Part shown: positions 53,665 through 64,000 of the stretch, one piece after another
Layout: every line of letters starts with the position of its first letter
Position numbering within the stretch: the first letter of the stretch is position 1
NCBI GenBank assembly: GCA_951406725.2
Contig: OX597819.1
Span: 62,434,001-62,498,000, forward strand
Direction of reading: 5' to 3'
From: Octopus vulgaris
Taxonomy: Eukaryota
Length of the DNA stretch: 64,000 nt
The notes under the pieces: model-generated
Told to the model about the DNA's origin: nothing
What the model saw: only the letters and a program-made list of their open reading frames with translations
The model's database searches: none
Program-made: the position numbers and the translations under genes

Positions 53665-53967
53665 TGGAGGCACATGGCCTAGTGGTTAGAGCAGCGGACT
53701 CGCGGTCGAGGGATCGCGGGTTCGAATCTCAGACCGGGCAATGTGTGTTTATGAGCGAAACACCTCAGCTCCACGCGACTCCGGCGGAAGGCAATGGCGA
53801 ACTTCCGCTGACTCTTTTGCCACGACTTTCTCTCACTCTTTCCTCCCGCATCTTGCAGATCACCTGCGAGGGACCGGTGTCCCGTCCAGGTGAGGAACCT
53901 ATACGCCAAGGAAACCGGGAAAACCGCCCCTTACGAGTCAGGCATGGCTCGAGAAGGAACAAACAAT
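53665..53967 (+). mobile_element. Family D tRNA-derived SINE
   Basis: A box TGGCCTAGTGG, B box GGTTCGAATCT, V-like CCTGCGAGGGACCGGTGTCCCGTCCAGG, (AAAC) tail. Confidence 0.8.
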
Positions 53968-54179
53968 CTAAAACTATAGACGAGATGAGGCTTCTCATCT
54001 GTTTGACAAAAATGTCTCATTTTTCACTATTCTTTATCCTTATTTTAACATTTGGTAGATAAGTAATTTTAAATACCAAGCATAATTTCTATTCTCAATC
54101 CCAGGTCACTATGCCTGTATGTATGTATGAACGTATGTATGTATGTATGTATGTATGTATGTATGTATGTATGTATGTT

Positions 54180-54868
54180 CTCTTATGATTTTAATTATTT
54201 AAGTCCTTCCTCTGAGCAGGGAGCTGTTTTATAACAAAGATACAAAGCTTCATCTTTGGAATGTAGATAACGAAAATAATGTCACATTTTAAACTTGAGA
54301 AAAGTCTTGCATATTTTTACTGTTCCACTTACAGACTCTATTTCTGAAAACCCAAGCTTTTTCACATTGTCAGTTATGTATTTACTCAGAAAATCAAGTA
54401 CACCAATTATTCTTTTCTACTCCCGGCACAAGGCCCGAAATTTTTGGGGAGGGGGCCAGTCGATTAGATCGATCCCAGTGCGCAACTGGTAATTAATTTA
54501 TTGACCCCGAAAGGATGAAAGGGAAAGTCGACCTCGGCGGAATTTGAACTCAGAACGTAAAGACATGAAATACTTATTTCTTTACTACCCACAAAGGGCT
54601 ACACACAGAGAGGACAAACAAGGACAGACAAACGGATTAAGTCGATTATATCGACCCCAGTGCGTAACTGGTACTTATTTAATCGACCCCGAAAGGATGA
54701 AAGGCAAAGTCGACCTCGGCGGAATTTGAACTCAGAACGTAGCGGCAGACGAAATACCGCTAAGCATTTCGCCCGGCTTGCTAACGTTTCTGCCAGCCCG
54801 CCGCCTTAAAGTGCACCAATTATTATTATTGGTATAAATGTAAATTTGTAATCTGAATATAGAAGCTG
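54180..54868 (-). mobile_element. RLE-type LINE 3' fragment interrupted by a family B SINE dimer (54412-54808)
   Basis: Homologous to 28810-29077. The SINE is flanked by AAGT(A/G)CACCAATTATT at 54396-54411 and 54809-54824. Confidence 0.75.
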
Positions 54869-54898
54869 GTGGTTTCGAAGCAGTTGTCTGTCTGTGTT

Positions 54899-54931
<33 letters not shown>

Positions 54932-55599
54932 ATTTATGTATGAATGCATGCATGTTTCCATGTGTGTATTTATTTATGCAAGTATATTTGTATAGAATCA
55001 ATACTATGCAGCATTCTTTTCGGCTCTTTATATTCTCAATTCAAATCATGCCGAGGTATATCTTGCTTTTCAGTTATCCTGTGTCTAAAAAATAAAGTAC
55101 CAGTCAAGTACATGGATTGATGGTGTCGAATAATGACCCTTTCCTCAAAATAGCAAGCCTTACCTTAAATTTGAACCAATTATTATTATCATAGATTGTC
55201 TTAGTAAATTTTTCGCTCTTCCACTTTCATTGCATTTTCATTTTCACTGCACAAATCTCTCTTCTTTCTTTGTCTCTATTTACACTCACATTTATATAAT
55301 TAGAAGCGAAAAGTTCTGGAACTTTTACTCTGTGTAAGATGTTGTTGATTACTCGTAGAAATCATTTGAATTATTAGTGATATGAACCTCTAAATAACGA
55401 TCTAAGAAATTTCAGTGTTTTAGAAAAACCCGCAAATAAACTTAGCTTCTATCAGAGGAGCAGATAAAGGTGACTAATCAATAGTGCTGCAGACGAAATT
55501 AAAGGGTTTTGACAAGTCAGTGTTTAATTCACAACCGATGCTGGTGTGTTTACGGCCCCGTAACTTAGCGGTTCGGTAAATGAGGCCGATAGAATAAGT

Positions 55600-55740
55600 A
55601 CTTCTGGAACGTTTTACAAATTTCCACAGTTCCAGTGATGGACTGGATTTGTATTCTTTCTCCGTTCAGATTTTGAGAAGACTAATTCCTCAAGAGTGGT
55701 ATTTAGGCAGCGTTACATATCCCAGGGCCCTAATATTATA
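55600..55740 (-). mobile_element. RLE-type LINE fragment
   Basis: Aligns to 52692-52835; the minus strand ends at ..IILGPWDM (degenerate IIGALGYV). Abuts TATG repeats. Confidence 0.65.
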
Positions 55741-56474
55741 TATGTATGAACGTATGTATATATATGTATATATGTATGTAAGTATGTATGTGTGTAGTAC
55801 TTATACATGTGTATGTAGGTGTGTGTGTGTGCGTGTGTTTCTGAGTGTTTTCGTGCTGATATTCATCTCTTGACAACCGATGCTAGTTTATTTACGTTTA
55901 TTTATTTTTTTACGTTTCTGCAGAGATAGCAATGTGTATCAACTACCTTCAATATGAAAAACAATTTAATTTCACTTCGAAGAATAGACGTATTGATCGT
56001 AATTAAACTGCACACATTTTGGCAAAGAAAAGAAAAATAACCCAAAGCAAAATGACAAAAATGAATGAAGCGATATCGATAAGCGCATTAGAAATGTGTC
56101 AGACACTCGCAAATTTAAGACCAAATTTTCATTTCTTGAAAGCATTGATCGTAATCTGAATTCTTTTTCGTTTACACCTGATTTGAGTTATATTTTGTGT
56201 GTGTGTAAGATAAATAAATAATTTTAAAGAAATAAATACACCAATTTTAATTTAGTTTATTGTTTATATAACAATCCTTTATTCCATATAGTCAGACAAT
56301 TTACATACATTTCTTTGTTTTAATGTATTCGGTAAAATAAAGAAAAGAAAAAGAAATTGAAAGAAACGTAATAAAAATTTTACGACAGTAAGAATATTGT
56401 CTGAAGAGAAATTTACGATAGAAAGGACATTAGACGTTGTTGTTAATAATTTCGCAGCCGTTTTTGACGTTATT

Positions 56475-56685
56475 ACTCTTTTATTCTTTTACTTGTTTCA
56501 GTCATCTGACTGCGGCCATGCTGGAGCACCGCTTTTAGTCGAGCAAATCGACCCTAACACTTATTCTTTGTAAGCCTAGTACTTATTCCATCGGTCTCTT
56601 TTTGCCGAACCGGTACGTAAACACACCAGCATAGGTTGTCAAGCGATGCTGCGCGGGGGGGGGGGGCAAACACAGACACACAATC

Positions 56686-56736
<51 letters not shown>

Positions 56737-56882
56737 TACGACGGGCTTCTTTCAGTTTCCATCGACCAAATTCACTCACAAAGCTTTGGTCGGCCCGAGG
56801 CTATAATGCCCAAGGTGCCACGCAGTGGGACTGAACTCGGAACCATGTGGTTTGTAAGCAAGCTACTTACCACACAGCCACT
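56475..56882 (-). mobile_element. Family A SINE
   Basis: Reverse complement of 1664-2160. Confidence 0.85.
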
Positions 56883-56883
56883 C

Positions 56884-56925
<42 letters not shown>

Positions 56926-58152
56926 GCACACACAAACACATACATACATATATATATATACATATGCAAAATAACGAACACCCATAAGTCTATATGTAAA
57001 AGCTTTAAAGTAAACAGCACAACACACTTCTTTAATATGTGCCTTATCAGAAGAATAGGTTGGAACTTACTGAACTTCAAAATGAGAAAAAAAGGATGGA
57101 TTTAAATAAACTGAATGAAGTTAAAACGGAGTGACCGCCATTTTGTTGGACGTAGGTTCATACATGGTTGTGCGGGGAAGAAGCTAATTTTGCAACCACG
57201 GAGTTTGGGGCTCAGTTCCATTCCGACACACCGTGTGGGAAGTGTATTTCTACTAAACTCCGGACCGATCAATACTTTTGGAGTGAATTTCGTGGACAGA
57301 AACTCTGAGGAAGCTCATCGTATATGTATCTGTGTGTGTATGTGTGTGTGCGCGCGTATGTGTATTTGTTTGTGTTTGTCTGTGTGTTTGTTCGTGTTTG
57401 TGTGTGTGTATGTGAGTGTGTGTGTATGTGTGTTTGTGTATTTGTGTGTGATGGTGTGTTTGTACATTTGTGTGTGTGTGAGTGTTATGTATGTTTGTGT
57501 GTGAGTATGTGTTTGTATGTTTGTATGTGTACGTGTGTGTGCATTTGTTTGTGTGTGTGAGCTTTTGTTTGTGTTTGTCTGTGTGTTTGTTCGTGTTTGT
57601 GTGTGTTGGTGTGTTTGTACATTTGTGTGTGTGTATTTGTGTGTGGTGTGTGAGTGTGTGTGTGTGTTTGTGTGTTTGTATGTGTTTGTGTGTTTGTGTG
57701 ATTGTATGTGTACGTGTGCGTGTGTGTGTGTGTGTATACATGCATATGTGTGTGTATGTTAGTGTTTATGCTTCTATCCCACACCGCTATACGATCTATG
57801 TTAATTTGCTTATGTCTCCGTGATTTAGCAGTTTGTGAAAGAAAATAGAAAGGGTAGACAAAGTATTGTCCTTAAAATACGGCCTGAGGTCAATTTGTCC
57901 GACTAACAAAAAGACTCTGGACACACTAGAACACCGCTAAGCCGGTGCTCTGAAATAAATTACTGAAACAAAGATTAAAGTAAGAGTAAAAGAACCACAG
58001 TAATATGAAACCTATAGTACGGTACTGGAAACCGTCCAACAGATAGTGTGACGCAAAACAGCCCAGGCTCAGATCCTATAACAGGATTTCGGTATAAAAT
58101 CTTGCCTTTTATCTCTGAGATTTGATCACAGTGTACAAGAAAATGTATTTGG

Positions 58153-58232
<80 letters not shown>

Positions 58233-59167
58233 GTGTTGGAATGTGTATTAGATTAAAATGGATGTCAACTGCTCCTCACTTAATGTGAATAATGCATTTC
58301 TGTATGAGGTAACATATCAGAAGAGCAGCTTGGAAGTCTAAAATAACCACAAGTGCATGAAATGATTGAGTTAAAGAGAGAAGAACTTGAGGAATGAGAG
58401 AGAGGGAGAGAAAGAGGAAGGGAGAAAGAGAGAGGGAAAACAGTGGAAGAAAGATAGGTAGATAAGTGGAAAGTTTAAAAGAGAGAGAGAGAGAAAGAAA
58501 GACAGAAAGAGAGAGATATAGGTTGATGAATAAATAATTAGTTAACATAATCGACTCCGAGCGTATAAGATTACAGAGAAAGAGAGACAAAAACGGAGAG
58601 AGCGAGCGAGAGAGAGAGAGAAAGAGAAAGAGAGAAAGACAAAGACACAGACAGAAAGAGTGAAACGCAGAGAGACGCAATGAAAGAAAATAGAATATGA
58701 GAAAGATAAGCAAGAGAAAGAAGCTTATGATATTAAGAGAGTCAGAGAAAGACAGAGAACAGGATTAAATGACCATAAATGACAGCGAAGAGATAAAGAT
58801 GAGTTATAGAATAGCGGATAAAAGTAACGCATTAATTTTCATGTATGGCTTCAAAAGATCTTTTACTAATTATCGTGTCTGCTTGATAATGTTTCGCACA
58901 CTTTAACCATTAATCCGCTTAATTCGATTAATAGCCGTATAAGCTCAATGCTTAGAATCACAAAAATTGTCCACAAATCGTCAGCACCGTTCCCCCACCC
59001 CAACCCCGCCAGTAAACTGCACGAAAGATTTTGCGCTTTAATCGTTATTGTTCCAAGGTTCAGCGGCTCAATTTTTAACACTTCACACATCGCCATGTTC
59101 GTTCTGCAGCACATTTTCTTTTAATGTTTATTTATTTTTATTTTTTTTTAATAAATTTCATGTTTGA

Positions 59168-59684
59168 CTAGCAGTATCGCCCGGCGTTGCTCGGGTTTGT
59201 AAGGGAAATAACTATATAAGCATTTTTAGAGAGTTACTTCCTTTATAGATGCCAATTCGGGCTTTCTTAGCCATTTCTGTTTTGGTGTCTTCAAGCCATG
59301 AAGTCGTTGTTCTAAAAGAACGCTGGTCTCCTTGACAACGCATTACGACGTTGATTTCCTTAAACTCCCTTCCCCACAGCTTCACGAGGGAGGGAAGAAG
59401 GGGGAGAAGCAAACACAGGTGCAGGTGTTTGAGCGTGGACGCCAACTCCGCCGCCATTGACACACGAAAAATTATGCATTAAAATGGAATAAAAAATGAT
59501 GTTAAATTATTTTTAAAATCGTAGACTCATCGTAGACGCACGCTAATAGCCAGACGGGCTCGATATTAATCACGACTATAAGATACCCGAATTTGGTTAA
59601 ACTGCACCGCAAAATGTGGGAGGAGTTAGGAATCTAAATCGTAGGAGACAGACACTCACACAACTACAGTTTTATATATATAGA
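59168..59684 (-). mobile_element. Complete non-autonomous Helitron (517 bp)
   Basis: Minus strand A|TCTATATATATAAAA ... ACCCGAGCAACGCCGGGC..CTAG|T gives 5' TC, 3' hairpin, CTAG and an AT target. The 3' end matches 18177-18205. Confidence 0.9.
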
Positions 59685-59915
59685 TTAATTCTTTTAAATT
59701 TTGGCACATGGTCGGGCAGTTTTATGGGGAGAAGGAAGTTGGTAATATTCACCTCAGTACTACACTGGTAATCTTTTTTTTTTATCGATCCCGAGGGGGA
59801 CGAAAGGCAAAGTTAACCTCGGCGTAGTTTTGAACGAGAGCCGTGATGTGCCAGGAGAAATGCCGCCGAACATTTTGCCCGGCGCTCTAAATACTACGCA
59901 TGCTCGCTGCCTTTA

Positions 59916-59959
<44 letters not shown>

Positions 59960-59965
59960 ATGATG

Positions 59966-60006
<41 letters not shown>

Positions 60007-60014
60007 CATAAGAG

Positions 60015-60181
60015 TTCTATATTTAAGAAATGAGGATTTATGTACATTATTTACATTTGACGGATATTTGTCCTCATTTTGTTCGTTGTTAACACAAAGT
60101 TTCGGCTGATATACCCTCCAGCCTTCATCAGATGTCTTGGGGAAATTTCGAACCTGGTTCTCATTCCTAAGGTACTTTTCG
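60015..60181 (-). mobile_element. Short Penelope-like element with minimal hammerhead ribozyme (60091-60136)
   Basis: Minus strand: GACAT-CTGATGA-A-GGCTG...CAGCC-GAAAC-TTT-GTGTT. Homologous to 28272-28420; lies between (AAT)n and (CTT)n. Confidence 0.8.
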
Positions 60182-61011
60182 ATCTTCTTCTTCTTCTTCT
60201 TCTTCTTCTTCTTCTTCTTCTTCTTCTTCTTCTTCGATTATACCGACCCCAGTGCATAACTCGAACTTATTTCATCGACCCCGAAAGGATGGAAGTCAAA
60301 GTCGACCCTGGCGGAATTTGAACTCAGAGCGCAGCGGCAGACGAGATACCGCCGAGCATTTCGCCCGGCGTGCAAGCCAATCTGCCAGCTCGCCGCCTTA
60401 ACAACAACAACAACAACAACAACAATAATAATAATAATTTTATTATATGCACAAGGCTTGACATTTTTGAGGCGGAGCCTAGTTGACTATACCAGTGCTC
60501 ACATGGTACTTATAAAATAAATACCATGTGACCTTGAAAGGATGTAAGGCAAAGTCGACCTAGGCGATATTTGGACTCAGAATGTTAAGAGCCGGAAGAA
60601 ATAGCACTAAGCATCTTGTCCGTCGCGCTGATGATTCTGTCAACACGCTGTCCTCGATCTGATTAATGGTGGCCTATAAGATTGATGGCTCAGCGAATCA
60701 AGAAATCGAGAAACTCACCACTATATGACCAGTCAAGAGGTCGACGGTTAGTCCTTCGCCTTCACTAATACATTCAACGGTTCTATCGAATTAGCCGTGG
60801 GATAAATATGTGTCGTAAAGAGGGAGAGAATTTATTGTTGTTTTAGGTGTTGGTCAGCTATTATCATCAAGAACACAATAAACAAAAACAAACGAACAAA
60901 CAAGAAAAAAATACAAAAATGCCGATGTTGAAGTTGTCGCAGTGCTCAACATACCATTCTTCTTTCAGGCATAATGCCTCCAGTACAACAGTACCAAAAG
61001 TGATTTTTCCT

Positions 61012-61069
<58 letters not shown>

Positions 61070-61140
61070 TCCTTCACGTCCCTTCATTCACTCATTCGTC
61101 TATTCTTTCATTTATTCATTCTTTCCTTCTATTTTCCTTC

Positions 61141-61370
61141 CTTTCTGCCTATCTTTGCTTTCTTTCGTTCCGTTCTTCGTTTTATCTTTCATCTATTCAT
61201 TCATTTGCTCATTTACTCACTCATTCCTTCCTTCCTCCTTTCTGCCTATCTTTGCTTTCTTTCGTTCCGTTCTTCGTTTTATCTTTCATCTATTCATTCA
61301 TTTGCTCATTTACTCACTCATTCCTTCCTTCCTCCTTTCTGCCTATCTTTGCTTTCTTTCGTTCTGTTCT
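61141..61370. repeat. 97-bp tandem repeat (~2.3 copies) in a pyrimidine-rich tract
   Basis: CTTTCTGCCTATCTTTGCTTTCTTTCGTT recurs at 61141, 61238 and 61335. Confidence 0.85.
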
Positions 61371-61957
61371 TCCTTTTATCTTTTATTCATTCATTCACTC
61401 ATTCACTCTTTCACTCATTCATTCATTCATTCACTCATTCATTTATTCATTCATGCTTTCCGTATTATTTATGTTTATTTATTTATTCATTCATTTCATT
61501 TATTTATTTAACTGTTCAAGGGTTTAATTTACGAAAGAGATTTCGTTTGTATTTTTGCTGTAAACCCTTAACATTTCCCGCGTTCTCTCAGAAGTTATTC
61601 TGATCTGATCTTTTGCCGCGTCCTGTATTTCCGGTCGTAACAACCCCTTCCTAATCCAATATCTTAGTCAAGAGAAAAGTTAATCTCTTTTCTCACCACC
61701 TTAGCGCAATGGATTCAGGATACAAATACCAGCCCTATAAATTACCTTAGCTTAGGGATTAGCTTAGCTAATCAGCTTCATCCTCAAGATTTCTAACACC
61801 GTGTTAAAATAAAGTTCCGGCTGGCGTAGTTCCAGCTATGAATCTTCTGTGCGTGCAATGACAAATATACACAACACAATAAATTTTGGGGAGTGCGGTC
61901 ATGCTGGAGCACCAGCTTCAAGAGTTTTTAATAGAACAAACCAGCACTAGCACTTTT

Positions 61958-62120
61958 AGGCGTAGGAGTGGCTGTGTGGTAAGTAGCTTGCTTATGAACC
62001 ACATCGTTCCGGGTTCAGTCTCACTGCGTGTCACCTTGGGCAAGTGTCTTCTACTATAGCCTCGGGCCGACTAAAGCCTTGTGAGTGGATTTGGTAGACG
62101 GAAACTGAAAGAAGCGCGTC

Positions 62121-62154
<34 letters not shown>

Positions 62155-62602
62155 ATAAATATTAGGGAATAAATCCAAACTTACAGGGAAAAATCAGATT
62201 TAGGATTGAATCCAATTTTATAGTAAAATATTATATTATATTAAATTAGAGACAAAACCACTATTAGGCAAATCAAACAATGAAAGACTTAAGCCAATAC
62301 ATAAATTAATTTATATTATTTAAATATGTAACAATTATTAAAAAAATATAATTAATATCCACAACGATCGTTTCCTGGCTGCTGTCATCAAATTTTTAGG
62401 TCGCAGTCATTCATCAGGTGTTTCAAAATTTTTCTTGGCGTGTTTTAAACAATCGCAGTGGATATTAATTATATTTTTTTAATAATTGTTACATATTTAA
62501 ATAATACAAATTAATTTATGTATTGGCTTAAGTCTTTCATTGTTTGATTTTCCTAATAGTGGTTTTGTCTCTAATTTAATTTAATATGATATAATATATA
62601 AT

Positions 62603-62671
<69 letters not shown>

Positions 62672-62909
62672 GTATGTATATGTGTGTGTGCGTGTGTGTA
62701 TGTTTGTGTGTCTGTGTTTGTAGCCCCCAACATCGCTTGACAACTGATGCTGGTGTGTTTACGTCCCCGTAACTTAGCGGTTCGGCAAAAGAGACCGATA
62801 GAATAAGTACTAGGCTTACAAAGAATAAATTTTGAGATCGATTTGCTTGACTAAAGGTGGTGCTCCAGCATGGCCGCAGTGAAATGACTGAAACAAGTAA
62901 AAGAGTAAA
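61958..62909 (+). mobile_element. Family A SINE with a Penelope-like insertion in its internal (TA)n
   Basis: Head 61958-62121 and tail ~62700-62909, separated by (TA)n-insert-(TA)n. Confidence 0.85.
62150..62600. mobile_element. Penelope-like element with 123-bp inverted arms and a central hammerhead ribozyme
   Basis: Arms 62240-62362 and 62458-62580 (two mismatches by eye). Minus strand 62360-62420: CAC-CTGATGA-aTGACTGC...GCAGCCAg-GAAAC-gatc-GTT-GTG. Confidence 0.85.
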
Positions 62910-63193
62910 ATAGTACTGTACTGTTTCTACTTCGCGGATTTTCAAGTAAAAGTGTATACTAGCTGACCCTGTACCGTCAAAAATGAAAGTTAATTGTAGT
63001 ATTTTGTATATAAATAAGGTAATAATAATCACAGGTGAAACATTTACATATTTTCCTTGTACACGCACACTCATACACACATATCCTCAAACATGAGAAA
63101 GTAAAACACTTATAAATAGATTTACAGTCGACAGACTAAAATTTCGACCACCTCATACACAACATTATTTATTATAAGTCTTAAAAACGTACA

Positions 63194-63590
63194 CTCTTTT
63201 ACTCTTTTATTTGTTTCAGTCATTTGACTGCGGCCATGTTGGAGCACCGCCTTTAGTCGAGCAAATCGACCCCACGACGACTTATTCTTTGTAAGCCTAG
63301 TACTTATTCTATCGGTTCATTTTGCCGAACCGCTAATTTACGGGGACGTAAACATACAAGCATCGGTTGTCAATCGATGTTGGGGTGACAAACACAGACA
63401 CACAAACATATACACACACACATATATATATACATATATACGACGGGCTTCTTTCAGTTTCCGTCTACCAAATCCACTCACAAGGCTTTGGTATATAGTA
63501 GAAAATACTTGCCCAAGGCGCCACGTAGTGGGACTGAACCTGGAACCATGTGGTTGTTAAGCAAGCTACTTACCACACAGCCACTCCACT
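63194..63590 (-). mobile_element. Family A SINE
   Basis: Reverse complement of 1664-2160; inverted to 61958-62909. Confidence 0.85.
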
Positions 63591-63704
63591 GCCTGTTGAA
63601 CTTAACTTAAAACTCTTTACAAAAAATGATTTGAACCTTTTCCTTAAAGACCAAACGTTGTTTGATCTTCCTTTTCGTGTTGAACGTTCACCATCCCATT
63701 ACCA

Positions 63705-63793
<89 letters not shown>

Positions 63794-64000
63794 AACATTT
63801 ACATACTTCCATTTTAATTATACACACATATACTCTCACAGAGTTGAAACGCTGATTTTGTTTTCACTTCTTCCTTATCTATCACCTCTTCCTTTCTCCA
63901 TTGCTATTACTTTCTTTCACTCTCTCTTTCACTCTCTCTCTCACTACTTTTCCTTCACTGAATTACTATTTCTCTCCTCTTCCTTCACTTACACTACTCT

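Noticed and set aside
53665-53740. tRNA gene-like sequence
   Set aside because: It continues into a SINE body found elsewhere in the window, so it is a SINE head.

Overview
AT-rich eukaryotic DNA saturated with microsatellites. The SINE families and repeat content are most consistent with an octopus (coleoid cephalopod) genome; this is inferred from repeat families recalled from memory, not from a search. The only supportable host gene is a minus-strand fragment with four frame-compatible exons (33450-33302, 12446-12311, 10454-10233, 1401-1195). They encode one fibronectin type-III domain followed by two VWC domains, an architecture like Sas / 'epidermal cell surface receptor' proteins. The start and stop lie outside the window or were not found. 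A fifth, in-frame 123-nt candidate cassette exon (4941-4819) lies inside a ~215-bp palindrome that would fold the exon onto its own donor site and downstream intron. The rest is intronic or flanking mobile DNA: tRNA-derived SINE families, one of which forms modular head-to-tail multimers and inserts into its own family at fixed sites; DD37D (maT) Tc1/mariner relics; a Tigger-like MITE; Helitron/Helentron elements; RTE, Tx1-like and RLE-type LINE fragments; and at least seven hammerhead-ribozyme-like motifs in short Penelope-like elements, several in long inverted repeats inserted into microsatellites. Nearly all ORFs in the supplied track are microsatellite or SINE artefacts. All alignments and counts were done by eye.
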